A stretch of 64,000 nt of DNA, from IMG/VR virus record IMGVR_UViG_3300045988_161286. The stretch is one strand, 5' to 3'. The translations under genes were made by a program, and so were the position numbers. Source of the DNA: a virus. Numbering within the stretch: the first letter of the stretch is position 1; the number at the start of each line of letters is the position of its first letter. Shown here in pieces: positions 55,363-63,925 of the stretch. Under the pieces are notes generated by a model. That model made no database searches and was not told where the DNA came from. It saw only the letters and a program-made list of their open reading frames with translations.

Positions 55363-55785
55363 ATGCTTTCAAAACCACAATTCGGTTGGACAGATATTAC
55401 AATTGGCGATTGGACAGGCAAATTGAGTTATATAGACGATGTGCCTGTAGTTCTACTGGATGCCTTCTACAATGTTTTTAGCAATCAAAAACCCGAAGTT
55501 GTATGTTTCGATGCCGAGGGTATGAATTATTGGATTGTGTTTGATTTGTTAGACACGATTATCATAACGGAAGATGAAAATTGTCAATACAGTGTAAATC
55601 GTCAGAATGTTGGCGTCAGGGAACTGGGTATGCAAATGTGGAATGACATTACTTGCAAACTGAAAGACTGGGTTCGTTGGGCGATTGACGATAATAATGC
55701 TAAGGATTATGAAGAGCGTAATGAATTATTACACAGCAAACTCAAGCAACTTAAAGGTATTATGTATCTTTATGAAACAGAATGA
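55363..55785 (+). CDS. hypothetical protein (140 aa)
   Basis: ATG after AAAGGAG. Confidence 0.75.
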   Translation: MLSKPQFGWTDITIGDWTGKLSYIDDVPVVLLDAFYNVFSNQKPEVVCFDAEGMNYWIVFDLLDTIIITEDENCQYSVNRQNVGVRELGMQMWNDITCKLKDWVRWAIDDNNAKDYEERNELLHSKLKQLKGIMYLYETE

Positions 55786-55816
55786 CACTTACCTACTTTG
55801 AGAAAGGAGTGCAACT

Positions 55817-56005
55817 ATGAAAATCATCAAACAAGGCAAACCTGAGTTGCAAGTGATTGAAACAATGTACGCAAAAGAATGTTTGAGATGTCATTGTCAA
55901 TTTCGTTTTAATATTAATGAAACACATTATGGAGACCTTATATATGATGACTGCATGTATATTCGGTGTCCGTGGTGTGGACATGAAATTCAAGAGTATT
56001 TTTAA
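55817..56005 (+). CDS. small Zn-ribbon protein, family member 3 of 4
   Basis: MKIIKQGKPE ... CLRCHCQF ... CPWCG. Confidence 0.7.
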   Translation: MKIIKQGKPELQVIETMYAKECLRCHCQFRFNINETHYGDLIYDDCMYIRCPWCGHEIQEYF

Positions 56006-56022
56006 AAGAAAGATTTTAATAT

Positions 56023-56036
56023 GTTGCAAATGCAAC
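56023..56036. promoter_or_regulatory. operator-like palindrome related to 6124-6139
   Basis: GTTGCAAATGCAAC upstream of the SD of gene 56053. Confidence 0.4.
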
Positions 56037-56052
56037 GAAAAGGAAGGTCGTA

Positions 56053-56235
56053 ATGACACACAAGAGACTTAGAAAGCTTTTACAAGCAACAGGTATACAA
56101 AGAAACAATGTAGAAGATGTTATTCGCAAATACCGAGAAGATTATTTTTATACAGCAAATGAAGATGTTTACAATCGCTATTGTGTGCGTGAACTGTTTA
56201 GTGTGGTAGTTAAATTTGCACACAGGAGTGAATAA
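56053..56235 (+). CDS. hypothetical protein (60 aa)
   Basis: ATG after AAAGGAAGG. Confidence 0.6.
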   Translation: MTHKRLRKLLQATGIQRNNVEDVIRKYREDYFYTANEDVYNRYCVRELFSVVVKFAHRSE

Positions 56236-56236
56236 A

Positions 56237-56425
56237 ATGATTCAAATTATTAGAGAAGGCAATTTGAAAACACCTGTATTTAGATTTGTTTGCTCTAATT
56301 GCGGGTGTGTATTTGAAGCCGACAGAGAAAGCTATAAACAATGCTTTACATCATACAAGACATTTATTCTTTCGGCAAATTGTCCTTGTTGTAAAAATAA
56401 TGTGAGCTATGAAAAATCATTGTAA
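56237..56425 (+). CDS. small Zn-ribbon protein, family member 4 of 4
   Basis: In-frame ATG 56237 after ACAGGAG. MIQIIREGN ... CSNCGCVFE ... CPCC. Confidence 0.7.
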   Translation: MIQIIREGNLKTPVFRFVCSNCGCVFEADRESYKQCFTSYKTFILSANCPCCKNNVSYEKSL

Positions 56426-56441
56426 CAGATAGGAGACATAT

Positions 56442-56822
56442 ATGATTTATTACTTGACAGATAGAACTCTTGAAAGAGCAATTGAGCGTTGCAGTAACGA
56501 CAATTACAACTACCTTATTGTACTTAAGGATAACAAAGATTTTGACGAAACTTCTGTTGCAATTCTCGAACAGGCGATGATGAACGATACATACTGGAAT
56601 ACTTCGTCATATTTAACCTATGACCATATTTCTTTTAAAACAGGCACAATCACCATCTATAAAGATTCGTTAATTACAAACGATTTTAGGGGCGTGTATG
56701 ACGAAATACTCGTTGACGAATTGGTAGAAGATAACAAATGGGAAATCCTTGCCAAGCATACAAACAGTCACGGTTCATATAAAGAAAAGTATAAGTCAAA
56801 GGAGGAGCTTAGTTTTGCATAA
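56442..56822 (+). CDS. hypothetical protein (126 aa)
   Basis: ATG after TAGGAGA. Confidence 0.75.
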   Translation: MIYYLTDRTLERAIERCSNDNYNYLIVLKDNKDFDETSVAILEQAMMNDTYWNTSSYLTYDHISFKTGTITIYKDSLITNDFRGVYDEILVDELVEDNKWEILAKHTNSHGSYKEKYKSKEELSFA

Positions 56823-57057
56823 GAACATTGATTATGAGTCCTTGCTTAGCTTTGTACAGGACAACCCTAACGCCGGCATATCACTGACAATATCAGAGAA
56901 TGAATTTGACCAAGTAATTGAGACTATTATATTGGCATTGATTACCAACGAAACACCACCAACACAATTAGTTAGTTATTTGGAATATAGAACTCATCAT
57001 ATCTATATTGAATTTGTCAACGAAGCAACGCTTGAAATAAACACAATTGAGGGGTGA
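56815..57057 (+). CDS. hypothetical protein
   Basis: TTG 56815, 8 nt after AAGGAGG. The track start at 56749 overlaps the previous gene extensively. Confidence 0.6.
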   Translation: MHKNIDYESLLSFVQDNPNAGISLTISENEFDQVIETIILALITNETPPTQLVSYLEYRTHHIYIEFVNEATLEINTIEG

Positions 57058-57061
57058 TAAA

Positions 57062-57412
57062 ATGAAAAGAAAACCTATCCCTAAATCAGTAAGACTTAAA
57101 GTATATGAGAAATACAACGGGCATTGTGCATATTGTGGTTGTGAACTTGAACTAAAGGATATGCAAGTTGACCATATTGAAAGTGTTTATTGGTATAACG
57201 GTGCAAATGATATTGAAAATTATAATCCTGCTTGCAGAATGTGTAATTTCTACAAATCAACAATGCCTATTGCAGATTTCAGAAAGCAGTTAGGAAAGCT
57301 AACATCAAGACTCAAAGACATTTTTATTTATCGTTTGGCTAAGAAATATGGGTTAATCACAGAAGTTGAAAAGCCTGTGAAATTCTATTTTGAAAAGGAG
57401 GACAACCAATGA
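57062..57412 (+). CDS. HNH endonuclease
   Basis: CAYCGCEL ... QVDHIES ... N ... CRMCN. Confidence 0.8.
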   Translation: MKRKPIPKSVRLKVYEKYNGHCAYCGCELELKDMQVDHIESVYWYNGANDIENYNPACRMCNFYKSTMPIADFRKQLGKLTSRLKDIFIYRLAKKYGLITEVEKPVKFYFEKEDNQ

Positions 57413-57639
57413 ACGACTATAAAACCAGACTTTTATCCGAGTACAAAGAAGTCGTAGATAAAATCAATAAACTGAGGGTATTTCTTAATAAATGGGACAA
57501 CGGACAACTTTCGTTTGTCCCAAAACCCTCAAGGGTAATCTATTCAAGACAACTTGAAGCAATGTGTACTTACAAGATGTGTCTTGAAAGTAGAATGCTG
57601 ACAGACAAAATATCCTTTAAGGAGGCTGAAAATGTTTAA
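57409..57639 (+). CDS. hypothetical protein (76 aa)
   Basis: ATGA overlap. SD AAAGGAGG. Confidence 0.7.
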   Translation: MNDYKTRLLSEYKEVVDKINKLRVFLNKWDNGQLSFVPKPSRVIYSRQLEAMCTYKMCLESRMLTDKISFKEAENV

Positions 57640-57991
57640 ATTTAAACCATACATAACGGTTATTGGGGAAAATGGCTTAACAGTAGATTTTGAGTTGTCA
57701 CAACTCAGCACCTTTATGGTAAACAATATTGATATTGATAATGGGTTAATTTGGTGTAATGAAGTTTATATTGAAACTAAGGCGATTGATTTTTCAGTTC
57801 TCGAACGCAGAAGTTCTCGTTTTAAGTTATTTGCTAACACTGTTACACAGATTATTCTTCATCCTTATAGAGCAAAAAGCAAATCTCTAATCTTGCATTT
57901 AGACACCGATGCCAAAGTTATACATAATAAAGACACGAACACAATTATTATTTCAAACTTATCAGATACAGAGGAGGTGGAGAATGGGTAA
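57632..57991 (+). CDS. hypothetical protein (119 aa)
   Basis: ATG after AAGGAGG. Confidence 0.7.
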   Translation: MFKFKPYITVIGENGLTVDFELSQLSTFMVNNIDIDNGLIWCNEVYIETKAIDFSVLERRSSRFKLFANTVTQIILHPYRAKSKSLILHLDTDAKVIHNKDTNTIIISNLSDTEEVENG

Positions 57992-58652
57992 AATCACAAT
58001 CTTACCAGAAACAACCATTGATCCAATTTCGTTAATGGGTAGACGAGCAGGTATATGTTGGGGAAAAGATATTACAGACAGCGAAAAAAACTACAAACGA
58101 GGTCTTGATTGTATTAAATCCAATCACGGTAGAGTGTTTGAATTTGTAAATATTGAAGCAATTATTGAAGGTTACTCAGCAAGAGTAATTAGAGAATGGT
58201 ATACACATATTGGTGGCAGTCCTACACGACTTCAAAGTAGCACAAGATATGTCAACTACGATAACTTTGAATACATAGTTCCCAAAACAGTACAGACTGA
58301 AGAACAGAAAACTTGGTACAACAACGCTATTGACACTATCAGCCAAACACTTAAGAATCTTGAAGAAAGTGGTGTCAAAAGAGAGGATGCTGCAATGTTA
58401 CTCCCGTTGGGTATGACTACTAAAATTGTAGATAAGCGAAATGTTAGAAGTGTTATCAGTATGGCAGAACAGAGAATGTGTTCGAGAGCGTATTGGGAAT
58501 ATAGAGAACTCTTTAACGAATACATAAAGCAGTTAAGACTCTATTCAGAAGAGTGGGTAACACTAATTCCTATGGTTATGAAACCGAAATGCGATGTGCT
58601 TGGATATTGCCCTGAGAAATTTAACTGTGGAAGAAAACCGAGAAAGGATTGA
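57984..58652 (+). CDS. thyX: flavin-dependent thymidylate synthase (ThyX-like)
   Basis: ATG 57984 after GGAGGTGGAG. HGRVFEF ... REWYTHIGGSPTRLQSSTRY resembles the ThyX RHR..S....S.RY signature in divergent form. Confidence 0.65.
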   Translation: MGKITILPETTIDPISLMGRRAGICWGKDITDSEKNYKRGLDCIKSNHGRVFEFVNIEAIIEGYSARVIREWYTHIGGSPTRLQSSTRYVNYDNFEYIVPKTVQTEEQKTWYNNAIDTISQTLKNLEESGVKREDAAMLLPLGMTTKIVDKRNVRSVISMAEQRMCSRAYWEYRELFNEYIKQLRLYSEEWVTLIPMVMKPKCDVLGYCPEKFNCGRKPRKD

Positions 58653-59582
58653 TTATTATACAGCAGAAGCATTATTTAGATATTGAGAGACTTAAACCTA
58701 ATTATTTAGATGCGTTTTCGGAAGGTGATGAAATTGTAATTCAAGAAAAAATCGATGGAGCGAACTTTTCAATTCGTTACGATGCCGAAAGTGATAGTAT
58801 TAAGGCATTTAGCCGTAGAAAGGAATTGAACGAAACCAACACTCTAAGAGGGGCTTGGAATTGGTCTCAAACACTTGATAAAGCATTAATTAAAACAGTA
58901 TTGGGGAGTAATCTTATATTGTTTATGGAGTGGCTTGTACCCCATACTGTAAAATATCCTGATGACAAATACCATAAAGCATATTGCTATGATGTGTATG
59001 ATACCAACATACAACAGTATCTAAAACAAACGGAAACAGAAAAAATCGTAAGAGAACTTAATCTTATATTTGTTCCTGTCTTTTATAAAGGTCGATTTAC
59101 GAATTGGAATGATGTAAAAACTTATATTGGTAAAACACAAATGGGTGGAGAATACGGTGAAGGTATAGTTATAAAAAAACCAAACAACTTTAAATAATCC
59201 AAACACAAGACTACCATTTTATGTAAAGCTTGTATGTGAACAGTTTTGCGAAACAAAAGGACACAACCAAAACCGTATGGTTGATACAGACGCATTAGCT
59301 AAAAAAGCTGAAAATCAGCGTTTAGTAAATACAATTGTTACTAAAGCCAGAGTTCGTAAACTTATACATAAGATGGTTGATGATGGTGTAGTACCTGAAA
59401 ATTGGAGCAATACAGAAATGGGAATAATTGCTAAAAATATTGGAAAAGACATTTATTATGATTGCCTTAAAGAAGAAAAAGATGTTGTTGAAATGGTTGG
59501 TTACGACTTTGGTAAATTCGCTCACAGTTCCGCAATGAGATTAGCAAGAGAAATTCTGTCAGAAAGGAAGCCGAACATTTAA
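58649..59582 (+). pseudogene. ATP-dependent RNA ligase-like nucleotidyltransferase, split at an A7 run
   Basis: Motif I is EKIDGAN and motif IV is EGIVIKK. The frame then breaks at the A7 run (59173-59179) and continues in +1 as ...LPFYVKLVCEQFCETK... (motif V-like) into track ORF 59277-59582. Removing one A restores it. Confidence 0.6.
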
Positions 59583-59680
59583 TAGCAATTAATGAGACGA
59601 TTACGATTTATCAAACGAATGGGATAGATTTTTGAAAACACATTGAAAACTTATGTTAAATATTTAAAAGGAGAGATTAT

Positions 59681-60289
59681 TTGAAAGATTGGACAGGAAA
59701 TAGTAAAAGTGTTCATTCCGTTTTAGGAGCTTCTAACCACTCTCTTAAAGAGAGAGAAACAAATGATTATTATGCCACAGAGCCTAAAGCTGCTGAACTT
59801 CTACTTGAAGTAGAAGATTTCGCTCCTGACATTTGGGAATGTGCTTGTGGAGAATGCCATTTGTCTAAAGTATTTGAGGCTCACGGTTACAATGTTAAGT
59901 CAACAGATTTGATTTACCGTGACGGAGGAATGTCTGAAACATTCGATTTTTTAGCAGAATCAAAACCTAATTCGTGGAACGGTAGTATTATTACAAACCC
60001 ACCTTATAAATATGCTTATGAATTTGTAGAAAAAGCGTTAAATACAGTTACAGAAGGCAACAAAGTGGCAATGTTTCTTAAACTGCAATTTCTTGAGGGT
60101 AAGAAACGAAGAAAATTATTTGACACTAATCCACCACAAACAGTTTATGTATCGAGCTCAAGACTTTTGTGTGCCAAAAATGGAGATTTTGATAAAATGC
60201 GAGCAGATGGTGGTAGCGCTGTAGCTTATGCTTGGTATGTGTGGCAAAAGGGATATAAAGGAAACACAATTGTTAAATGGATTAATTGA
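59681..60289 (+). CDS. N6-adenine DNA methyltransferase (small, NPPY)
   Basis: TTG start 6 nt after AAGGAGAG. Contains SIITNPPYKYA. Confidence 0.7.
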   Translation: MKDWTGNSKSVHSVLGASNHSLKERETNDYYATEPKAAELLLEVEDFAPDIWECACGECHLSKVFEAHGYNVKSTDLIYRDGGMSETFDFLAESKPNSWNGSIITNPPYKYAYEFVEKALNTVTEGNKVAMFLKLQFLEGKKRRKLFDTNPPQTVYVSSSRLLCAKNGDFDKMRADGGSAVAYAWYVWQKGYKGNTIVKWIN

Positions 60290-60298
60290 GGTGAAACT

Positions 60299-60511
60299 AT
60301 GGATGATTATTTACTGTTTTATGTGGTCTGTGCATATATCTACATATTTGGTTTAACACTTAACGCAATGATGTGCAATCATATACGAAAGAATCCAAAT
60401 AAAAATACAACAAAATTACAAAACATTCAAGATTTTATAGTGCCGATTGTGTGGTACTCTTTAATTATAACATTCGCAAGACTATGTGGTCAAATTATCA
60501 GTAAAATTTAA
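60299..60511 (+). CDS. membrane protein (70 aa)
   Basis: Two hydrophobic segments. ATG after GAGGTGA. Confidence 0.65.
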   Translation: MDDYLLFYVVCAYIYIFGLTLNAMMCNHIRKNPNKNTTKLQNIQDFIVPIVWYSLIITFARLCGQIISKI

Positions 60512-60525
60512 GGAGCAAATATAAT

Positions 60526-60780
60526 ATGAAATACATTAAGAAAGCAATGCCGATTGAAGCCTTTCAGTACAAAGGAGACTTCACTATTCCTATATGGGCA
60601 ATTAAAGCGTATAAAGACGGTTTGCTTTATTTTAAAGATGATGGAAGTTTATATATTCATACACTTAAAGGTGAAATGAAATGTGACTTGAATAGCTACA
60701 TAGTTCAGGGTGTCAGAGGTGAGATTTATCCTTGTAGACAGGACATCTTTGAGGAAACATATATGGCGGTGGAAGAATGA
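60526..60780 (+). CDS. hypothetical protein (84 aa)
   Basis: ATG after AAGGAGC. Confidence 0.7.
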   Translation: MKYIKKAMPIEAFQYKGDFTIPIWAIKAYKDGLLYFKDDGSLYIHTLKGEMKCDLNSYIVQGVRGEIYPCRQDIFEETYMAVEE

Positions 60781-61034
60781 AGAAAAGAATACTTGCTTGC
60801 GTTGTGATTATCACTATGATTTCGATGTTGACTGGTGGCTGCGTATATAGTGAAGCATCAACTAAAACCAACGATATGTTTGAATACATAGGGTATAGTT
60901 CAGAAGCCAACTCTGAAATTGTCTATGATACAGAAACTAAAGTAATGTACGCAATATCAGACGAACCATATAATAGAGGAATAATGACTTTACTCGTTGA
61001 TGAAAATGGTAAACCAAAACTTTGGAAAGAATAA
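60777..61034 (+). CDS. putative secreted protein or lipoprotein (85 aa)
   Basis: MKKRILACVVIITMISMLTGGCVYS is a signal peptide with a lipobox-like TGGC. Confidence 0.65.
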   Translation: MKKRILACVVIITMISMLTGGCVYSEASTKTNDMFEYIGYSSEANSEIVYDTETKVMYAISDEPYNRGIMTLLVDENGKPKLWKE

Positions 61035-61067
61035 AATTTAGGATTGAAAAGGAAAGAGGTGAAATAT

Positions 61068-61760
61068 ATGTTTTACATTACTGGTGATTTGCATGGTGAA
61101 TATGACATACACAAACTGAGTTCTAAACGATTTCCAATGGGTAACAATCTAACACGAGATGATTACCTAATTATTTGTGGTGACTTTGGCTTAGTGTGGA
61201 ATAATGGAAATTCTGAAATGTATTGGCGAGATTGGCTTAATAACAAACCGTGGACAACCTTGTTTGTAGATGGAAACCACGAAAACTTTCCCTTGCTGAA
61301 TCGTTACCCTATAACTAAAAAGTGGAGTGGAAAGGTACATCAGATTGAAGATAATATTTATCATCTAATGCGTGGACAAGTGTTTGAAATTGATGGCAAA
61401 ACATTTTTTACAATGGGCGGTGCATCGAGCCACGATATACAGTATCGCACAAAGAATGTTGACTGGTGGGAAGAAGAACTACCCAATGAAGCCGAAATGC
61501 AGGAAGGGTTGGCAAATCTTGATAAGTATAACTGGAAGGTGGATTGTGTAATTACGCACTGTGCTCCAACCGAATTTATCGCCAGTTGTATCAATGTGGG
61601 GTACAGTCCGGACACTTTAACCGAATACCTACAGTACATTGATAACAAGTTGGATTATGAACATTGGTATATGGGACATTATCACCTTGATGTTATATTT
61701 GGTTCGGATTCAGAAAAGCAAAAGCATATTTTGTATAACTATGTGGATGTGATTGATTAA
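61068..61760 (+). CDS. metallophosphoesterase (Ser/Thr phosphatase-like)
   Basis: In-frame ATG 61068 after AGAGGTG. Motifs GDLHG, GDFG, GNHE. Confidence 0.8.
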   Translation: MFYITGDLHGEYDIHKLSSKRFPMGNNLTRDDYLIICGDFGLVWNNGNSEMYWRDWLNNKPWTTLFVDGNHENFPLLNRYPITKKWSGKVHQIEDNIYHLMRGQVFEIDGKTFFTMGGASSHDIQYRTKNVDWWEEELPNEAEMQEGLANLDKYNWKVDCVITHCAPTEFIASCINVGYSPDTLTEYLQYIDNKLDYEHWYMGHYHLDVIFGSDSEKQKHILYNYVDVID

Positions 61761-61781
61761 CACGGAAAGGATAACGAATAT

Positions 61782-61940
61782 ATGGGAATGGTAATTTGCC
61801 TTATATCACTTTATTTATTGAACGCAAATGGAATTATAGTACCTGATGGATGCTTTATTATTGCATGGAGTTTTTCTATTGTGACTGCGGTAGCAACTTT
61901 ACTTTCAGCAATCGGTCAAGTAATGAGTGATAAAAAATAA
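61782..61940 (+). CDS. small membrane protein (52 aa)
   Basis: Not in the track. Product begins MGMVICLISLYLL and contains FIIAWSFSIVTAVATLLSAIG. Confidence 0.5.
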   Translation: MGMVICLISLYLLNANGIIVPDGCFIIAWSFSIVTAVATLLSAIGQVMSDKK

Positions 61941-61956
61941 TTAAGGAGAGTTAAAT

Positions 61957-62382
61957 ATGGAAATTAAAATTAAATACTTTACAAACATCGAAAAGATTAA
62001 GCAAATTCCAAACGGAGATTGGGTTGATTTAAGGTCAGCTATTGATGTTACACTCAAAAAGGGTGAGTTTACTATTATTCCACTCGGAGTAGGAATGAAG
62101 TTACCGTTTGGCTATGAAGCTCACATTGTGCCAAGAAGTAGCACTTACAAAAATTATGGCATTATTCAGACAAACCACATAGGAGTAATTGACAACTCCT
62201 ATTCGGGTGATAACGACCAATGGGGTATGCCCGTAATTGCAATGAGAGATACAACCATACATAAGAACGATAGAATTTGTCAGTTTCGCATCACACAGAA
62301 ACAGCCTGATTTTGAGTTTACAGAAGTAGAATGTCTTGATACAAAAAGTCGTGGCGGCTTTGGCTCAACAGGCAAGCAGTAA
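61957..62382 (+). CDS. dut: dUTP diphosphatase
   Basis: [10 protein letters not shown] and C-terminal RGGFGSTG motifs. Confidence 0.85.
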   Translation: MEIKIKYFTNIEKIKQIPNGDWVDLRSAIDVTLKKGEFTIIPLGVGMKLPFGYEAHIVPRSSTYKNYGIIQTNHIGVIDNSYSGDNDQWGMPVIAMRDTTIHKNDRICQFRITQKQPDFEFTEVECLDTKSRGGFGSTGKQ

Positions 62383-62394
62383 GGAGGAATAACT

Positions 62395-62751
62395 GTGATT
62401 ACATATAATGATTTTGAAAGATATCTTACCAAAATTCAAAGAATCCATGAACTTGAAGATAAGATTTTGAATCTTGGTGATGAGTATAGTGATTTGGTTT
62501 TAGAATATGTATCGCCATTTGCATATCATGGTGTAACTATGGAAGATGAGTTGATTGACTGTCTCGAAAAAGGTTTAAACCTTAAGCCTGATGAATACGG
62601 TGATACTTGGATATCCTATTGGGTTTGGGAGACAGATTGTGGTCAAAGAAATACAATTGTAGAAATTGACAATAAAGAAGTAAGCATTGCCGAAATTGCT
62701 AACTTGTGGAAAGTTATCGAATGGGAAAGGTCGGGAGAATTGAATGAATAA
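62395..62751 (+). CDS. hypothetical protein (118 aa)
   Basis: GTG start after AAGGAGG. Confidence 0.7.
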   Translation: MITYNDFERYLTKIQRIHELEDKILNLGDEYSDLVLEYVSPFAYHGVTMEDELIDCLEKGLNLKPDEYGDTWISYWVWETDCGQRNTIVEIDNKEVSIAEIANLWKVIEWERSGELNE

Positions 62752-63361
62752 ACAAACGATTGTAGTTAATCTTTATGGTCAGCCCTCCTGTGGTAAATCC
62801 ACAGGGGCTGCTTATATATTTAGTCAGTTAAAAATGAGGGGTATTGACACGGAACTTGTCACTGAAACGGCTAAAGATATAGTATGGGAGCATAATGATA
62901 CTGCCTTAACTAACCAATTATATATACTTGGTTTACACTCACAAAGATTTTGGAGACTGAGAAATCAGGTTAGAGTAATTGTAACTGACTCGCCAATCCT
63001 ATTGACCGAAATTTATAACTCATTTGAAAAGTGTGGTTTTTACCCCTCAAAATCTATTGAAAAGTGTGTAAACGATACAGCCGAAGCATTTAGTTCTCTC
63101 TTTGATAACTTAAATTTCTTTGTTAAGTCTGTTAAAAAATATAATCCAAATGGCAGATTACAAACCGAAGTTGAAGCCAATAATATAGGTACACGAATTG
63201 AATCAATGCTAATTGAAAAGAATATCCCATATGAAATTATCAAAGGCAACCAAAAGGGGTACGATAAAGCCGTACAACTAATTGTGGATTACATTGACCG
63301 AGAGGATAAAATGGATGCTATTAAAGAGGATAGAGAAAGGAATGGATTGAATGTTGTTTGA
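62744..63361 (+). CDS. P-loop NTPase / nucleotide kinase-like
   Basis: Walker A GQPSCGKST. Walker B-like VIVTDSP. Confidence 0.65.
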   Translation: MNKQTIVVNLYGQPSCGKSTGAAYIFSQLKMRGIDTELVTETAKDIVWEHNDTALTNQLYILGLHSQRFWRLRNQVRVIVTDSPILLTEIYNSFEKCGFYPSKSIEKCVNDTAEAFSSLFDNLNFFVKSVKKYNPNGRLQTEVEANNIGTRIESMLIEKNIPYEIIKGNQKGYDKAVQLIVDYIDREDKMDAIKEDRERNGLNVV

Positions 63362-63518
63362 GGTTTATAAAGACGGACAAGGCAAATTTATGTGTAGTGA
63401 TACAAGTTGTTTGCCAACGGAAAGCCAGCTTAAAAGCATGAACAAAAATGGGTATGAATTTAAGTTGAACGGTAAGAAAGCAACGCTAAAAAGCGTATTG
63501 AAATTGATTGAAAAGTAA
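63351..63518 (+). CDS. hypothetical protein (55 aa)
   Basis: Not in the track. The ATG overlaps the end of the previous gene. Confidence 0.45.
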   Translation: MLFEVYKDGQGKFMCSDTSCLPTESQLKSMNKNGYEFKLNGKKATLKSVLKLIEK

Positions 63519-63561
63519 ATATAGATAATAACAATTTAATATTAGTTAGGTAGGTGTTCAT

Positions 63562-63759
63562 ATGAAACCAATGCTTACTCCAAAGGATATTATGGAAATT
63601 TTTGGTGTCAGTAAAAACACTGCATACAAAATGGTTAGACAAAAAGGCTTTCCTTCGATTAAGGTGGGGAATAGGTATGTTGTTAGAGAAAGTTCCCTTG
63701 AGAAATGGATTGAAACGAACGAAGGTCGAGAATTTGTTTTACTTGAAAGAAAAATTTGA
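63562..63759 (+). CDS. xis: excisionase-family / MerR-like HTH DNA-binding protein
   Basis: LTPKDIMEIFGVSKNTAYKMVRQKGFPSIKVGNRYVV ... LEKWI is the classic excisionase-type HTH pattern. Confidence 0.7.
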   Translation: MKPMLTPKDIMEIFGVSKNTAYKMVRQKGFPSIKVGNRYVVRESSLEKWIETNEGREFVLLERKI

Positions 63760-63798
63760 AATTACAAAAAATTTTACCATAATTTTTTTCAAAAACTC

Positions 63799-63827
63799 TT
63801 GACTTTATTCACTCCATCCGTTATAAT
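63799..63827 (+). promoter_or_regulatory. near-consensus sigma-70 promoter
   Basis: TTGACT-17 nt-TATAAT, pointing into the repeat region and the tRNA-like sequence. Confidence 0.6.
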
Positions 63828-63870
63828 AGTCACTGTTGAGTTGAGAACAGACAACATTTTTAAAGTCACA

Positions 63871-63908
63871 ACTGTTGTCAAACTGTTGTCAAATTCAAAT
63901 TTTGAATT
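63871..63908 (+). repeat. tandem 11-mers plus palindrome (protein-binding site candidates)
   Basis: ACTGTTGTCAA x2 (63871-63892), with a partial third copy ACTGTTG at 63832. Followed by AATTCAAA-t-TTTGAATT (63892-63908). Confidence 0.6.
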
Positions 63909-63925
63909 CAAAAAATGTAGTGTTT

